From Zygnema circumcarinatum SAG 698-1b (lineage: Eukaryota; Plantae; Zygnematophyceae), in NCBI GenBank assembly GCA_037447605.1, contig CM074823.1, forward strand, positions 62,001 through 126,000: 64,000 nt of DNA. The letters are read 5' to 3'. The position numbers were made by a program, and so were the translations under genes. A model generated the notes under the pieces. It searched no databases. It was given only the letters and a program-made list of their open reading frames with translations, and had not been told where the DNA came from. Positions 39,455 through 50,779 of the stretch are shown piece by piece. How positions within the stretch are numbered: position 1 is the first letter of the stretch; each line of letters begins with the position of its first letter.

Positions 39455-40063
39455 TACAGTAGGGGGTCCTCGTATTTACCGCCCTAAGGAGTGCGTCCTC
39501 AAGAAATTCGCCCCGATTTTGCCGAAACCACCTTTTTGTATGGCCGTACTAGCCGTACTAGCCGTACTAGCCGTACTAGCCGTACTAGCTGTACTAGCCG
39601 TTAAGGGCTTACGCAAAAGTCACCTAATCTCCCCGCACGTCCCGCCGTAAGAGGCTCTCGCTCTTCTCCCTCTTCTTCTTGGCCTCGATACGATATGATA
39701 CGATACGGTACGACACGGTACTATCCAAGGCCGTATGAGCTGTAGTAGCCGTTACAGTACGATACGGTACGATATGGTACGGTACGATACGAAACGACCC
39801 GATACGGTACTAGCCGTACGAGCTGAGACGAACAACAGCGGAAACTACGTCTATGCGTTACGATATGGCACGATACGATACGACGCTAAACGATACAGTA
39901 CGATATGGTACGATACTGTACGATACGATACGTACGGTCCAACATGAACTCTAACATAATACCGCCCGTCTATTGGTAACATTAACCTTATATATGCAAA
40001 ATCAATATTTTCGCCTCATATTGGCCAAAACCAGGGTGGAAAATACGAGGACCCCCTACTGTA
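39455..40063. mobile_element. Non-autonomous Tc1/mariner (pogo-like) MITE, 605 bp (39457-40061), TA target-site duplication
   Basis: TA|CAGTAGGGGGTCCTCGTATTT ... AAATACGAGGACCCCCTACTG|TA gives perfect 21-bp TIRs starting CAGT. The reconstructed empty site ACAACGG-TA-CCGCTGT is near-palindromic, and no transposase-like ORF lies inside. Confidence 0.88.
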
Positions 40064-40524
40064 CCGCTGTCCGGGCATTCTAAAAGTGTTTTATAAAACG
40101 GCCTGAATTTTACAGTGTTTTATTGGAATTTAGCCCACCGCCCCGCTAGGCAGCTGTCCGTACAAACCTCCAGCGACCGACAGGACCGAGCCACTTGTGG
40201 CCGCCGCCAGAGTTTGTAGTCCGCAAGCGACAAATAATGGCGTCACAATTGCCGGCGCGTAGTACGTCAGATCTTGAACCACGTCACATGACGTCACACC
40301 GGATAGGCCTTGGTTCGCGGGCCTTCAGGCGGAGCCATGGCCATCGGCCAACCCTAATTTGTGAAGGGAAAGAGGGAGGGTTCAGGGCATGCTCCGACGG
40401 AAGGTTGTCAAAACGTTAAACCCTACAGTTCAACTTGAAGCTCTTCCTCCCCCTAACCTTTCACCCACGCTGAACCCTAACCCCGCCACATAGCTTCTGA
40501 GGTCCACCCGCTGCTCGCCCGGCC

Positions 40525-41941
40525 ATGGCGAGCGTTCGCATCTTGCAGTGCATGGGCGGGCCCGGCGGGCATGTACATGCGCATGCGCAGCCATGCACGC
40601 CGCAGCGTGCGACCCGCCGCACGCGACAGCGAGTGAGGGCTGCAGCGGGGGGACGGGCGTGGGGGCGCTGCGAAGCGGAGGCGGGCTCGCAGCTTGGGGT
40701 TTTGGAGGCTGCAAGAAGGGGTTCTGGGAAGGAGCAGCTGCGAGGCGCGTGGCCTCGTCCGCCATGGCCCGCTTCCCCCCCCAAAGGGCGGCACGCGAGG
40801 AGGCGGCTGAAGGCGGCCCCGACGATGAGCGTTGTGGGGCCTGCCGAAACCCGCATACTGTTCGCAGTTTTGATGGTTTCCGCCGCCATTGGCCAGGTGA
40901 CACGTGGCCCAATGCCCTTCCTTCCCCCCCCCCCCCCTCAACACATTCCTATGATGCTTTAGGCATGGCGCTTGAGCATAAGGAATGAAGAGAGGGTTTT
41001 TCCTCGCGATGTATGTCCGCCGCATGCAAGCAGACCTCCCTCACCAGGTCTCAACTGGTTCTGCTTGTCGTTGTTTTCGTTTGTGTTTCTGTGCAGGTGC
41101 AATGATGTGAGTTTGTTTGGATTTTCTTGGTGAAATGGGCGGGGGTGCCTCCAAGGGCATTTGTTCCATAGCAGCATCGTTAAGCAGCTACGTTCTGTTT
41201 TCTAGGGTTTGCTGAAGTTCTTCTAGGCCATAGCCACATCGCGGAGATCATGTAGGCCATCTCATTCATTCATGTTCTAAACTTGTTGATCCATGTGATC
41301 GATCCACCCCACATTGTCCCCAAGAAGGGAGATGATGATTTGCACCTTTTCAAAAATGTCATCATTGCTCTCACGTTCTCTAACTTCCACATAGTTTCAT
41401 GTCTAACATTGCTCCCCTTTGTCGTTGACTCTTTGTTGACTCTTTGAAGGTTCTCGAACGGAGCACACAATGGGGCTCTCGTCTCTCCGCGCCCCTCATG
41501 ACCATGCTCATGGCCATGGCGCTCTCCTCGCTCCACGTCATCCCCTCCGCATCCCCCGCCTATGACACCGTATGTCACGTCACGTCACGTCACGTCTTGC
41601 AATGCTGCGCATGTCTCGTTCAATGGCCATGGTTTGAACTGTCGCAATGGGCACAGCAACAGTCAGTCACATGAGCATAGTTCCGTTGGCCCTTTATGCA
41701 ATTTTCATGCTTGAAGATGGGCGACTTGAATATGTGCCCCTTCTGCCAGTCTCTCCTGCTTCCCTGAAGGAGCTCTTCTGCTGTCCACGTGTCTCCTTTT
41801 GAAGCTGCTGCGTGGCAGGTTTGGGGCACGTTGATGCCGCTTGCAGTCGCTCTCTCCCTATTGGAGACCGATGTGCGGAAAGCTTTCAGCGACTCAGGTG
41901 GTTTTCCCTCCTGTTATGCAAAATTTCCTAGCCTTTCTCGT

Positions 41942-41990
<49 letters not shown>

Positions 41991-43959
41991 CCTCCCCTAC
42001 CTTACTCTGTATCCCTCCCTTTCTCATATTTCTCTCTCCTTTCACTCTCCGCCTTCCCCAGCGCCCCTTCTCTCCTTCCCTCTCTCGCTTGCTGGTGTAC
42101 TCCCACTTCTCCCTCCCTCCCTCCCTCCCTCCCTCCCTCCCTCCCTCCCTCCCTCCCTCCCTCTATGAAATGAGCTTTCTTCTCTGCCCCTTCCAGAAGG
42201 CGAAGGCAGCAGCGTCTATACCTGCCGACAGGCTCCTTTTGCCAAACCATTTCTGCTTCTGTACACGTGGCAGGCCCTCATTGGGTGCAGTTGCTGGGGC
42301 TGTGCCAGGTGTCACGCTGACGGCATTTTGGTTCGGCGCTTTTGGAACCGTTGTGGGCACAACGCTGGCGTACTGCCTTGTGGGCACATCCCTCGGGCCG
42401 GACGGCTGGAAGGTCTCCGCTCCTCTAACTTTGAATTCTAGAATTGTGGGCTTAATCTAGGGTTGTGTGGAATTTTACTCATGTAAGACGCTTGCTTTCA
42501 TGGATTTCATAAAAAAAAAGATGTGAACACTGTTTCAGCTACGATTCAACCAAAGAAATTAACAACTAATTGTCGCAGTGCAGGTCTTAAATCCTGTCTG
42601 ATATTCCAGTTTTTTCACCTTTCAGAGTCAGCAAAAGTAAACAAACCAACCCGAACGAGCCAACTGTTTCCTTTTTGTCCGTTGTGCAGATGGCGGCGTG
42701 TCTCTGCGCGAGCTACATCGGCGGCAGCATCAACTACGCCGCCACCGCGCGAGTACGGCCAAAACCCCCTGTCATCCGTACAACTGCTCCGTACAACTGC
42801 TCCGTCCAAAAAGCTCCTCAGGGTTCCTCAGGGTTCAGGGTTCCTCAGGGTTCAGGGTTCCTCAGGGTTCAGGGTTCCTCAGGGTTCAGGGTTCCTCAGG
42901 GTTCAGGGTTCCTCAGGGTTCAGGGTTCCTCAGGGTTCAGGGTTCCTCAGGGTTCAGGGTTCCTCAGGGTTCAGGGTTCCTCAGGGTTCAGGGTCAGGGT
43001 TCAGGGTTCCTCAGGGTTCAGGGTTCCTCAGGGTCCCTCAGGGGTCAGGGTTCCTCATAGGGTTCAGGGTCTCTCAGGGTTCAGGGCCCCTCAGGGTTCA
43101 GGGTCCCCAGGGTTCAGGGTTCCTCAGGGTTCAGGGTTCCTCAGGGTTCAGGGTTCCTCAGGGTTCAGGGTTCCTCAGGGTTCAGGGTTCCTCAGGGTTC
43201 AGGTTCAGGGTTCCTCAGGGTTCAGGGTTCCTCAGGGTTCAGGGTTCCTCAGGGTTCAGGGTTCCTCAGGGTTCAGGGTTCCTCAGGGTTCAGGGTTCCT
43301 CAGGGTTCAGGGTTCCTCAGGGTTCAGGGTTCCTCAGGGTTCAGGGTTCCTCAGGGTTCAGGGTTCCTCAGGGTTCAGGGTTCCTCAGGGTTCAGGGTTC
43401 CTCAGGGTTCAGGGTTCCTCAGGGTTCAGGGTTCCTCAGGGTTCAGGGTTCCTCAGGGTTCAGGGTTCCTCAGGGTTCAGGGTTCCTCAGGGTTCAGGGT
43501 TCCTCAGGGTTCAGGGTTCCTCAGGGTTCAGGGTTCCTCAGGGTTCAGGGTTCCTCAGGGTTTCAGGGTTCCTCAGGGTTCAGGGTTCCTCAGGGTTCAG
43601 GGTTCCTCAGGGTTCAGGGTTCCTCAGGGTTCAGGGTTCCTCAGGGTTCAGGGTTCCTCAGGGTTCAGGGTTCCTCGTCCTGACCCAACTACCTTGCTCT
43701 TCTATATTTTTTCTGCCATTTTCCTTTCCTTTCCTTTCCTTTTGCAGGCTTTAGGGTTCGGGGCGGGCGGCGTGTTGGCGGCGGGCATGGCGGCGGACAA
43801 CCTCCTCATGGCGGTCTACTTCGGGGCCATCATGGCCCTGCCTGAAGAGTGGAGGTTCGAGGAGAGGGAGGAGGGGGAGGGGGAGGGGGAGAAGAAGGAG
43901 GCCGATATGGGAGAGGCAGAGGCTGCTGCAAGCCTGATCAGTGAAGGTGAGGCTCACTC

Positions 43960-43991
<32 letters not shown>

Positions 43992-44021
43992 CCTCGATCT
44001 CTCTCTCTCACTCTCTTTCTC

Positions 44022-44068
<47 letters not shown>

Positions 44069-47000
44069 CTTCTCCCGCACGCACTCTCTCAGCGGGAGAC
44101 GGACAGACAGACAAACAGACAAACAGACAAACATGGTCACTGCTTTAGCGAACTTTTTGAGACATTTTTTCTGTCCTCCTGGAATTCTTTGAAAGCATAT
44201 TGTAGAAAACTTGATTTTGCTTTCCTTTTTTCATTTGAGGTTATTTTTTTAATGGATGCGTGGTACGAGCAGAGCCGCAAAGTCCGGCAACGGTCGAATC
44301 CATGGCGGCAGCGTTGGCAGCAGCGGCCTCTGCGTGCGTGCTTGGGGACCTGCTCGCGAGGAGCCTCCCTCCCGCCCTAGGAGGTGCTCTCCCTCTCCCT
44401 CTCCCTCTCCCTCACCCTCTTCAACTCACCCTCTCACTCTCTCCCTCTCAATCTCTCCGTCTTCCATTCCCCCTTTCCTCCCTCTCCTTCCCTCTCCCTC
44501 TCCCTCTCCCCCTCTCCCTCCCCCACCCTCGGCCTCCCTCAGATCTCTCTCTCTCTCTCCCTCCCTCTCCTTTGCCCTCCCTCTCCCTCTCTCCCTCTCC
44601 CTCCCTCTCCCCCCCCTCGGCCTCCCTCAGATCTCTCTCTCGTCTTCCCTCTCCCTCTCCCTCCCTCCCTCTCCCTCCCTCTCCCCCCCCCTTCGGCCTC
44701 CCTCTGATCTCTCTCTCTCTCCCTCCCTCCCTCCCTCCCCTTACCTCCTACAGGATTGGAGCTCGGCGCCGTGGCCCTCCTCGCGTCGGTCCTCTCCGCC
44801 CTCGCCTCCGCGCTCGAGGGCTCCTCCTCGCACGTGCGAACGTTCGCGGGCGCCGACACGCTCGCGGGCGCACTCATGCTCCTCTTTTTTGCCGCCGTGC
44901 GTAAACCCTCAAACCCGGAAACGGACAAAAAACCCTAAAAACCCTAAAATCCCTAAAACCCTAAAACCCTAAAACCCGAAAAACCCTAAAAACCATGAAA
45001 CTCATGAAAGCCCTATGACTCGAGAAACTCTAAAATCCCTAAAGACCTTTGTAGTGGTAAATCACTACTTCCGTTCCAATAGCCTCTAAGAAAACAAAAG
45101 TGGTGTAAGGTAAGGTGGGGCAAGAGGGGTTGGGGGGATACATGTTTTGATGTTACAGTGAGTTGTAGGGGCCGAAGGGGAAATTAATTTGTTTTTGGAG
45201 CTGCACCTTCCCTGGCGAGCCCCTTTTTTTTTTTAAAGTGCGTTAATGAAGCTGAACCCCTTCCGGCACCTCCTTCTCTCCCTCCCCTCCCCCCCTCCCT
45301 CCCTCCCTCCCTCCCTCCCTCCCTCCCTCCCTCCCTCCCTCCCTCCCTCCCCTCCCTCCCTCCCTCCCTCCCTCCCTCCCTCCCCTCCCTCTCCCTCCCT
45401 CCCTCCCTCCCTCTCCTCTCCCTCCCTCCCTCCCTCCCTCCCTCCTCCCTCCTCTCCCTCCCTCCCTCCCTCCCTCCTCCCTCCTTCCCCTCCCCTCCCT
45501 CCCTCCCTCCTTCCCCTCCCTCCCTCCCTCCCTCCTCCCTCCTCCCTCCCTCCCTCCCTCCCTCCCTCCCTCCCTCCCCTCCCTCCCTCCCTCCCCTCCC
45601 TCCCTCCCTCCCCTCCCTCCCTCCCTCCCTCCCTCCCTCCCTCCCCTCCCTCCCTCCCTCCCTCCCCTCCCTCCCTCCCTCCCTCCCTCCCTCCCTCCCT
45701 CCCTCCCTCCCTCCCTCCCTCCCCTCCCTCCCTCCTTCCCTTTCCTCCCCCTCCCTCCCTCCTCCCCTCCCTCCCTCCTTCCCCTCCCTCCCATCCCTCC
45801 CCTCCCTCCCTCCCTCCCTCCCTCCCTCCCCTCCCTCCCTCCCTCCCTCCCTCCCTCCCTCCCTCCCTCCCCTCCCTCCCTCCGTCCCCTCCCCTCCCCT
45901 CCCTCCCCTCCCTCCCCTCCCTCCCTCCCTCCCTCCCTCCCCTCCCTCCCCTCCCTCCCTCCCTCCCTCCTCCCCTCCCTCCCTCCCTCCCTCCTCCCTC
46001 CCTCCTCCGTCCCCTCCATCCCCTCCCTCCCTCCTTCCCCTCCCCTCCCTCCCTCCCTCCTTCCCCTCCCCTCCCTCCTCCCTCCCTCCCCTCCCTCCCA
46101 TCCTTCCCCTCCCCTCCCTCCCTCCCTCCTTCCCCTCCCCTCCCTCCCTCCCTCCTCCTCCTCCCTCCTCCCTCCCTCCCTCCCCTCCCTCCCCTCCCTC
46201 CCTTTAATGGCCTCCCTCAGGTGGGCGCTAGTGCGGGATTCACGGAGGCTATTACAGCTGGCGGACAGCTATTGGCTTTCGGCTTCATTCTCCTCGGGGT
46301 GCTGCTCACCCCCCACATGCTCATATTTAAATTTTGCTTTTCTTCTTCTGAATAGATTCGCTTCTAAAACAGAACGGAAGGCGAAGCGAGACAGAAAAAG
46401 AATGAACTTTTGGGCAATTGAGGACAATGATGGCAATGATGCCAATGATGCCAATGACAATGATGCCATTGCATGTCGTTGACTCTGACTAGTTGACTTT
46501 CTGGACTTCATTGACCATGGGTCCATGGCATGGGTGGCGGGGCAGACCCATCTGGGCATCATCCTCGTATTGGGAAGGATCTATCGCCTCCCAATGAAGG
46601 CGGTGAGCCCCATTTTCCGTATTTCTTTAAAGCACATCAAAATGAAACCCACCACAGTACTGGATTCGAGCTTCATTTGAAAATGTGAAGTACTGAATGT
46701 TTCAAGATATAGTTCTAGTTTTCCTCGCTATGAACGGTTCTTTTATGGTTGTCTTTTTGTGGTCTTTTTGCAGATCATAATTGCCTCCAACGCTAACGTG
46801 GGGGGTCCCGCCACAGCTGCAGCTATGGCAGGGGCCCGGAACTGGCCCAAAATGGTAATTTCTTTTGCCATTTATTTGAACTTAGAGCTCTTTCCTATAC
46901 TTCCTTTTTCTGGTTTGACAAATGTGTGAAATTCGTCGCAAGTCCTTCTCCCCCCTCCCCCCTTTTTTCCCTTTTTCTTCATGTTTTTCTATGTTGTCTC

Positions 47001-47135
47001 CGATGTCCGCAGGTCCGTCCGGCGCTTCTGACGGGGACGCTTGGGTATACAATTGGGACCTTCATCGGCTGCGTTGTCGGTACGCGCCTGCTGCAGCCAA
47101 TGGCGGCCTCCGCTTTCTTCCTGTTTAAGGGGTGA
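40525..47135 (+). CDS. DUF819-family multi-pass membrane protein with probable plastid transit peptide, ~12 exons
   Basis: [120 protein letters not shown] are the DUF819 motifs; the N-terminal extension is Arg/Ala-rich. Confidence 0.9.
42817..43676 (+). repeat. 17-bp minisatellite (CAGGGTTCAGGGTTCCT) x~50, telomere-variant derived, in DUF819 intron 42753-43747
   Basis: The unit is TTCAGGG + TTCCTCAGGG; it is highly homogeneous except for ~43000-43110. Confidence 0.97.
44075..44138 (+). repeat. Short dispersed repeat, copy 2
   Basis: ccgcacgcactctctcagcgggagac + (gaca/aaca)n, after a (CT)n tract in a DUF819 intron. Confidence 0.8.
45270..46200. repeat. ~930-bp degenerate (CCCT)n tract in DUF819 intron; telomere-like CCCTAAA variants at ~44900-45045
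   Basis: Read directly. Confidence 0.95.
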
Positions 47136-48103
47136 AGTAAGGCAAACAAGAGGCAGGTCAACGGCAATAAGTCGAAATGCAGGTTTCCGTTTTCAATGAT
47201 TGTAGAGAGCCTTCACTTAATTGGGTCTTGCAAGTCTGTTTGTTGTAGAACATTTTTTTTGTTATTAGGGCTTACGTGTGTATACGTCCATCGCCGGCCG
47301 TTGTAGCGAAACCTGATTAGCACGAGCTTTTTAAGAATACACTTAGGTCAAATGAGGAATAATTTCTGGCAGCAGTCGGCGAATGCGTGAAGATGTGTTC
47401 CCCGACAGTAAGAAGTGTTCGTTTTTTTTCGTCAAATTGTTCGATTTTGACATTTGATCAACAATGCCCTTTGGACTAATTTATTTCGGGCGAACCCCCT
47501 AAAAATCTAGGGGGCCTCTCTAAAGGAGTACCTTGTAACTCGCACATATTTTTAACTATTTTGAGTACATTGTACTATTTTTGCCACGTTATACAATTGG
47601 GAGAGGGAGAGGGTGGGGTCTGGGGGCGGCGATGGGGAAGGAAAGAGCAGAAGGCGGAAATGGAGCAGGGGGCGGCAGGGGGAGAAGTGGGGAGGTGGGG
47701 ATGAAGAGGGGCAGGGGGGGGAGAGAGGGAGAGAGGGAATGCTGCCAAGAACAGAAAGGGAGAGGAGAGCAAGGATGTGTGTGAGAGAGAGAGAGAGGGA
47801 GAGAGTGAGAGAGAGAGTGAGAAGAGAGAGAGAAGGCTACCAAGAGGTGGATTTAATCATCCATTGTAGCGATTGAGATAAAGAAAGAAAAGAGGTGAGC
47901 TGTACATGTCTCTCGTAAAACCTTACAAACTTCAGACGCGCCGCGTCATGGGAAAGCCAAGTAACTAACCATAACACCAAATTTACACTTAAAAGCCTCG
48001 CCTGCTACTTTCTACAATTTAACAAAAAATATGACAAAAAAAGGGATAGAAAATCCTTGAACGACCTCAATTTGCCAGCCCCAGATTTACTATGTTGCGC
48101 GAA

Positions 48104-48640
48104 TCACTCTTCTTCCTCCCTCTCTTCGCTCTCCAACAGCAGCGCATACGCCCCGGCGAGGGCAGCGATCAGAACCTTCTGATTTCTCATAGCGGAAGTC
48201 TGACCACTGTTCATGTGCGCCATCAACAGGACATGCGCAAGGCCGAGCAACATGTATGCCAATGCGGCCAACAACTTCAACGTCTTCAACTCGTTCGGCG
48301 ACATCTCGTCATCCGCAACATCACCCCCGTCATCATCCTCCATGGCCTCACCCACATCATCCCCGACAGCATCGCCCACATCATCATCATCATCACCATC
48401 ATCATCATCATCGCCATCATCATCATCATCTGTGTCATCATTCGAGTAGCCCTCATCCTCCTGCTCGTCGGTGTCATCCTCCACCATCATGTAGTCCTCT
48501 TCTTCGCCCGCGCTCTCAGTCGCCCCCTGAGCGATATCTTCCGCCATGCGCACATCGTTGCTGAGAATCTCAAAGTCAGCGTCCACTTCGCTATTGGGAC
48601 TGTCGTCGTTTGCAGGCGCCGACATGTGAGCTTCCGCCAT
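48104..48640 (-). CDS. Hypothetical 178-aa acidic protein (Asp-rich middle, hydrophobic C-terminal segments), function unknown
   Basis: Uninterrupted GC-rich ORF with a GCC-ATG-G start and protein-like N- and C-termini; no family recognised. Confidence 0.4.
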   Translation of the reverse strand: MAEAHMSAPANDDSPNSEVDADFEILSNDVRMAEDIAQGATESAGEEEDYMMVEDDTDEQEDEGYSNDDTDDDDDGDDDDDGDDDDDVGDAVGDDVGEAMEDDDGGDVADDEMSPNELKTLKLLAALAYMLLGLAHVLLMAHMNSGQTSAMRNQKVLIAALAGAYALLLESEEREEEE

Positions 48641-49228
48641 GGCCGCTCATAACGGGCCTGCAGGCAATAGACAATGCTGTGAACGATGTTCGCTCGCATG
48701 AAACCCTTCATGTCTTTAACAACAAACCACCAGTCCTATGCTGCACGTTGACCGACAGTGTAGACGTACATTTACAAATATAAAACATATGCTTATTTTA
48801 GAAATTTTCTTCCTTTTTTAAACAGGGAAGGTTACACGGGGATTTTCCTAAGGAAAAGAAGCCCAAAAAAATAAGAGCCTTAATTGCAGCCACAACCTCA
48901 TTGGAGGAGAGAGTGAGGGTGGCGCCTAACTAACTACCCTGCTTCCTCTTCCTTTTTCCTTTCTCTTCCTCTTCCCTCACTCCCTCCCTTCCTCCCTTCC
49001 TCCCTTCCTCCCTCTCTCCCTCTATCCCTTCCCTCTCTACCTCTCTCCCTCTCTTCCTCCCACTCTTCCTTCCCTCCCTCTCACTCTCTCAATCTCCCTC
49101 ACGCCGATATTCCATCCCCTCCTTCCTCGTTCTTCGAATAGCAGATGTTGATCTCACTCCCTCCTACTCCCTAGATTCCTACCTCTCTCAATGAACCACC
49201 CACAGCTTTCTCTCTCTCTCTCTCTCGC

Positions 49229-49328
49229 NNNNNNNNNNNNNNNNNNNNNNNNNNNNNNNNNNNNNNNNNNNNNNNNNNNNNNNNNNNNNNNNNNNNNNNN
49301 NNNNNNNNNNNNNNNNNNNNNNNNNNNN
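49229..49328. other. 100-N scaffold gap (unknown size); 10-N gaps at 5821, 23179, 26643, 36706, 62008, 63939
   Basis: Counted N runs. Confidence 0.98.
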
Positions 49329-49348
49329 CCTCCTCTCCTCTCCGGCAG

Positions 49349-49574
49349 GCAGGGCGTGCGCGTTCGCGGGTACTTCGCGTGGTCCCTCCTCGACTCCTTC
49401 GAGTGGAACTTTGGCTTCGTGGCGCGGTACGGCCTCGTACGCGTCGACCGCTCCTCCTCCAATCTCGCGCGTGCGCCCAAACGCTCCGCGCGCTGGCTTG
49501 CGCGCCTGCTGCGATATAACGATAATATTGACCTGCCTTCGAGTGACGGCACACCGATGACGTCGAATGACTGA
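49349..49574 (+). CDS. Terminal exon of a glycoside hydrolase family 1 beta-glucosidase; upstream exons not visible
   Basis: CGGCAG| acceptor then QGVRVRGYFAWSLLDSFEWNFGFVARYGLVRVD...APKRSARWLARLL, the GH1 C-terminal signature. Confidence 0.85.
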
Positions 49575-50342
49575 TGGCTTGGCTGATCAAACCGACTATG
49601 TGTCCGTACGGACGGGCGGCGGTCGTTGGTCGTGACTGGTCGGTCGGTCAGTCAGTCAGTCAGCTACAGGAGGGGGGACAGGTCATGGCCATGCCTGCGC
49701 GTGCATGCATGCATGGCCTTTGTTTGACATTGGATGGAGCCATATGGCACATTTTATGAAATGGAACTCTTGCAAGCTTGTTGTTGTTGTTTCGTTCAAA
49801 GTGAGTTGATGCTTTTTTATTTTGTGGAGAATGGGAAAACGCAAACGTTTACATCATGTTTGTTGCCCGTCATTGTGGTCGGTCTTTGGTTGTTTTCGCT
49901 CGTTTGGGGGCGACATGAGCTCATGTTGCAGGCGCTGTGGCCCCATCTTCATGATGGTAACTGCCATGGTCATGGCCATGGCCCGACATGAATGGTTCAT
50001 GGTAACATTCCTCAATTAGCAACCCTTTGTAATTACATAAAACAAGCATCCGCCAAACTGTGCAAGCCACGAGGGACATTTAGTGACATTTATTTGAGTC
50101 GCGAGACGCGTTGTTGTGCTTGTTGACATGTGGCGCGTTACAGCAAAACAACAATGATGGAGCTTAGAGTTCAGACATACATGGTGGAAATAAAATTAAG
50201 AAGAAATAAGGAACAAGCAGATAGCATTCCCAACTGCCAATTCATGCCACAACCAATTGCAATGGTGATCTGCTTCACAGCACTTTTCATAAACGTGACG
50301 CGACGTCGGGCAAAAATCAATAAATCTTCTTATTTGAGTCGT

Positions 50343-50414
50343 AGGTCCCACCGAGAATTGAACTCGGGCTTTCAGATTCAGAGTCTGACATCATAACCAT
50401 TAGATCATGGGACC
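50343..50414 (-). tRNA. trnQ-CUG: tRNA-Gln(CUG), intronless, 72 nt
   Basis: The reverse complement folds as a cloverleaf: acceptor GGTCCCA/TGGGACC, D stem ATC/GAT, anticodon stem TCAGA/TCTGA with loop CTCTGAA, T arm CCGAG-TTCAATT-CTCGG. Confidence 0.95.
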
Positions 50415-50779
50415 GAAAGGTAGCAATTTTGGCTAAATGATTTGGATTTTACCTATCATATTATCTAAGCTTAACCAACTAGTCTGACCAGACTAACCGC
50501 TGCGCGAAACCTAATGGTTTTAACCAGACTGTCAGTCGGTCAGTCAGCTCTGACCCACCCTAACGCCCTGTTTCCTCGGCCGCGTACTCCCGCTCACCTC
50601 CCACTCGCCCTCTCTCCCTCATTAACCCCCCCCCTCCCTCTCCTCCCCCCTTTTCTCTCTCTCCCCCCCTCCCCCTCGCTCCCCACCCCTCTCTCTCTCA
50701 CTCCCTCTCTTTCTCCCTCTCCCTCTCCCTCTCACTCTCTCTCTCTTTCCCCCTCTCTCCACCCCCGGTCGCGGTAGCC

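Noticed and set aside
42523-43754. [11 protein letters not shown]-repeat ORFs, and the array as a possible CRISPR
   Set aside because: It is an intronic 17-bp tandem minisatellite with no unique spacers and no cas genes, in a eukaryotic context.
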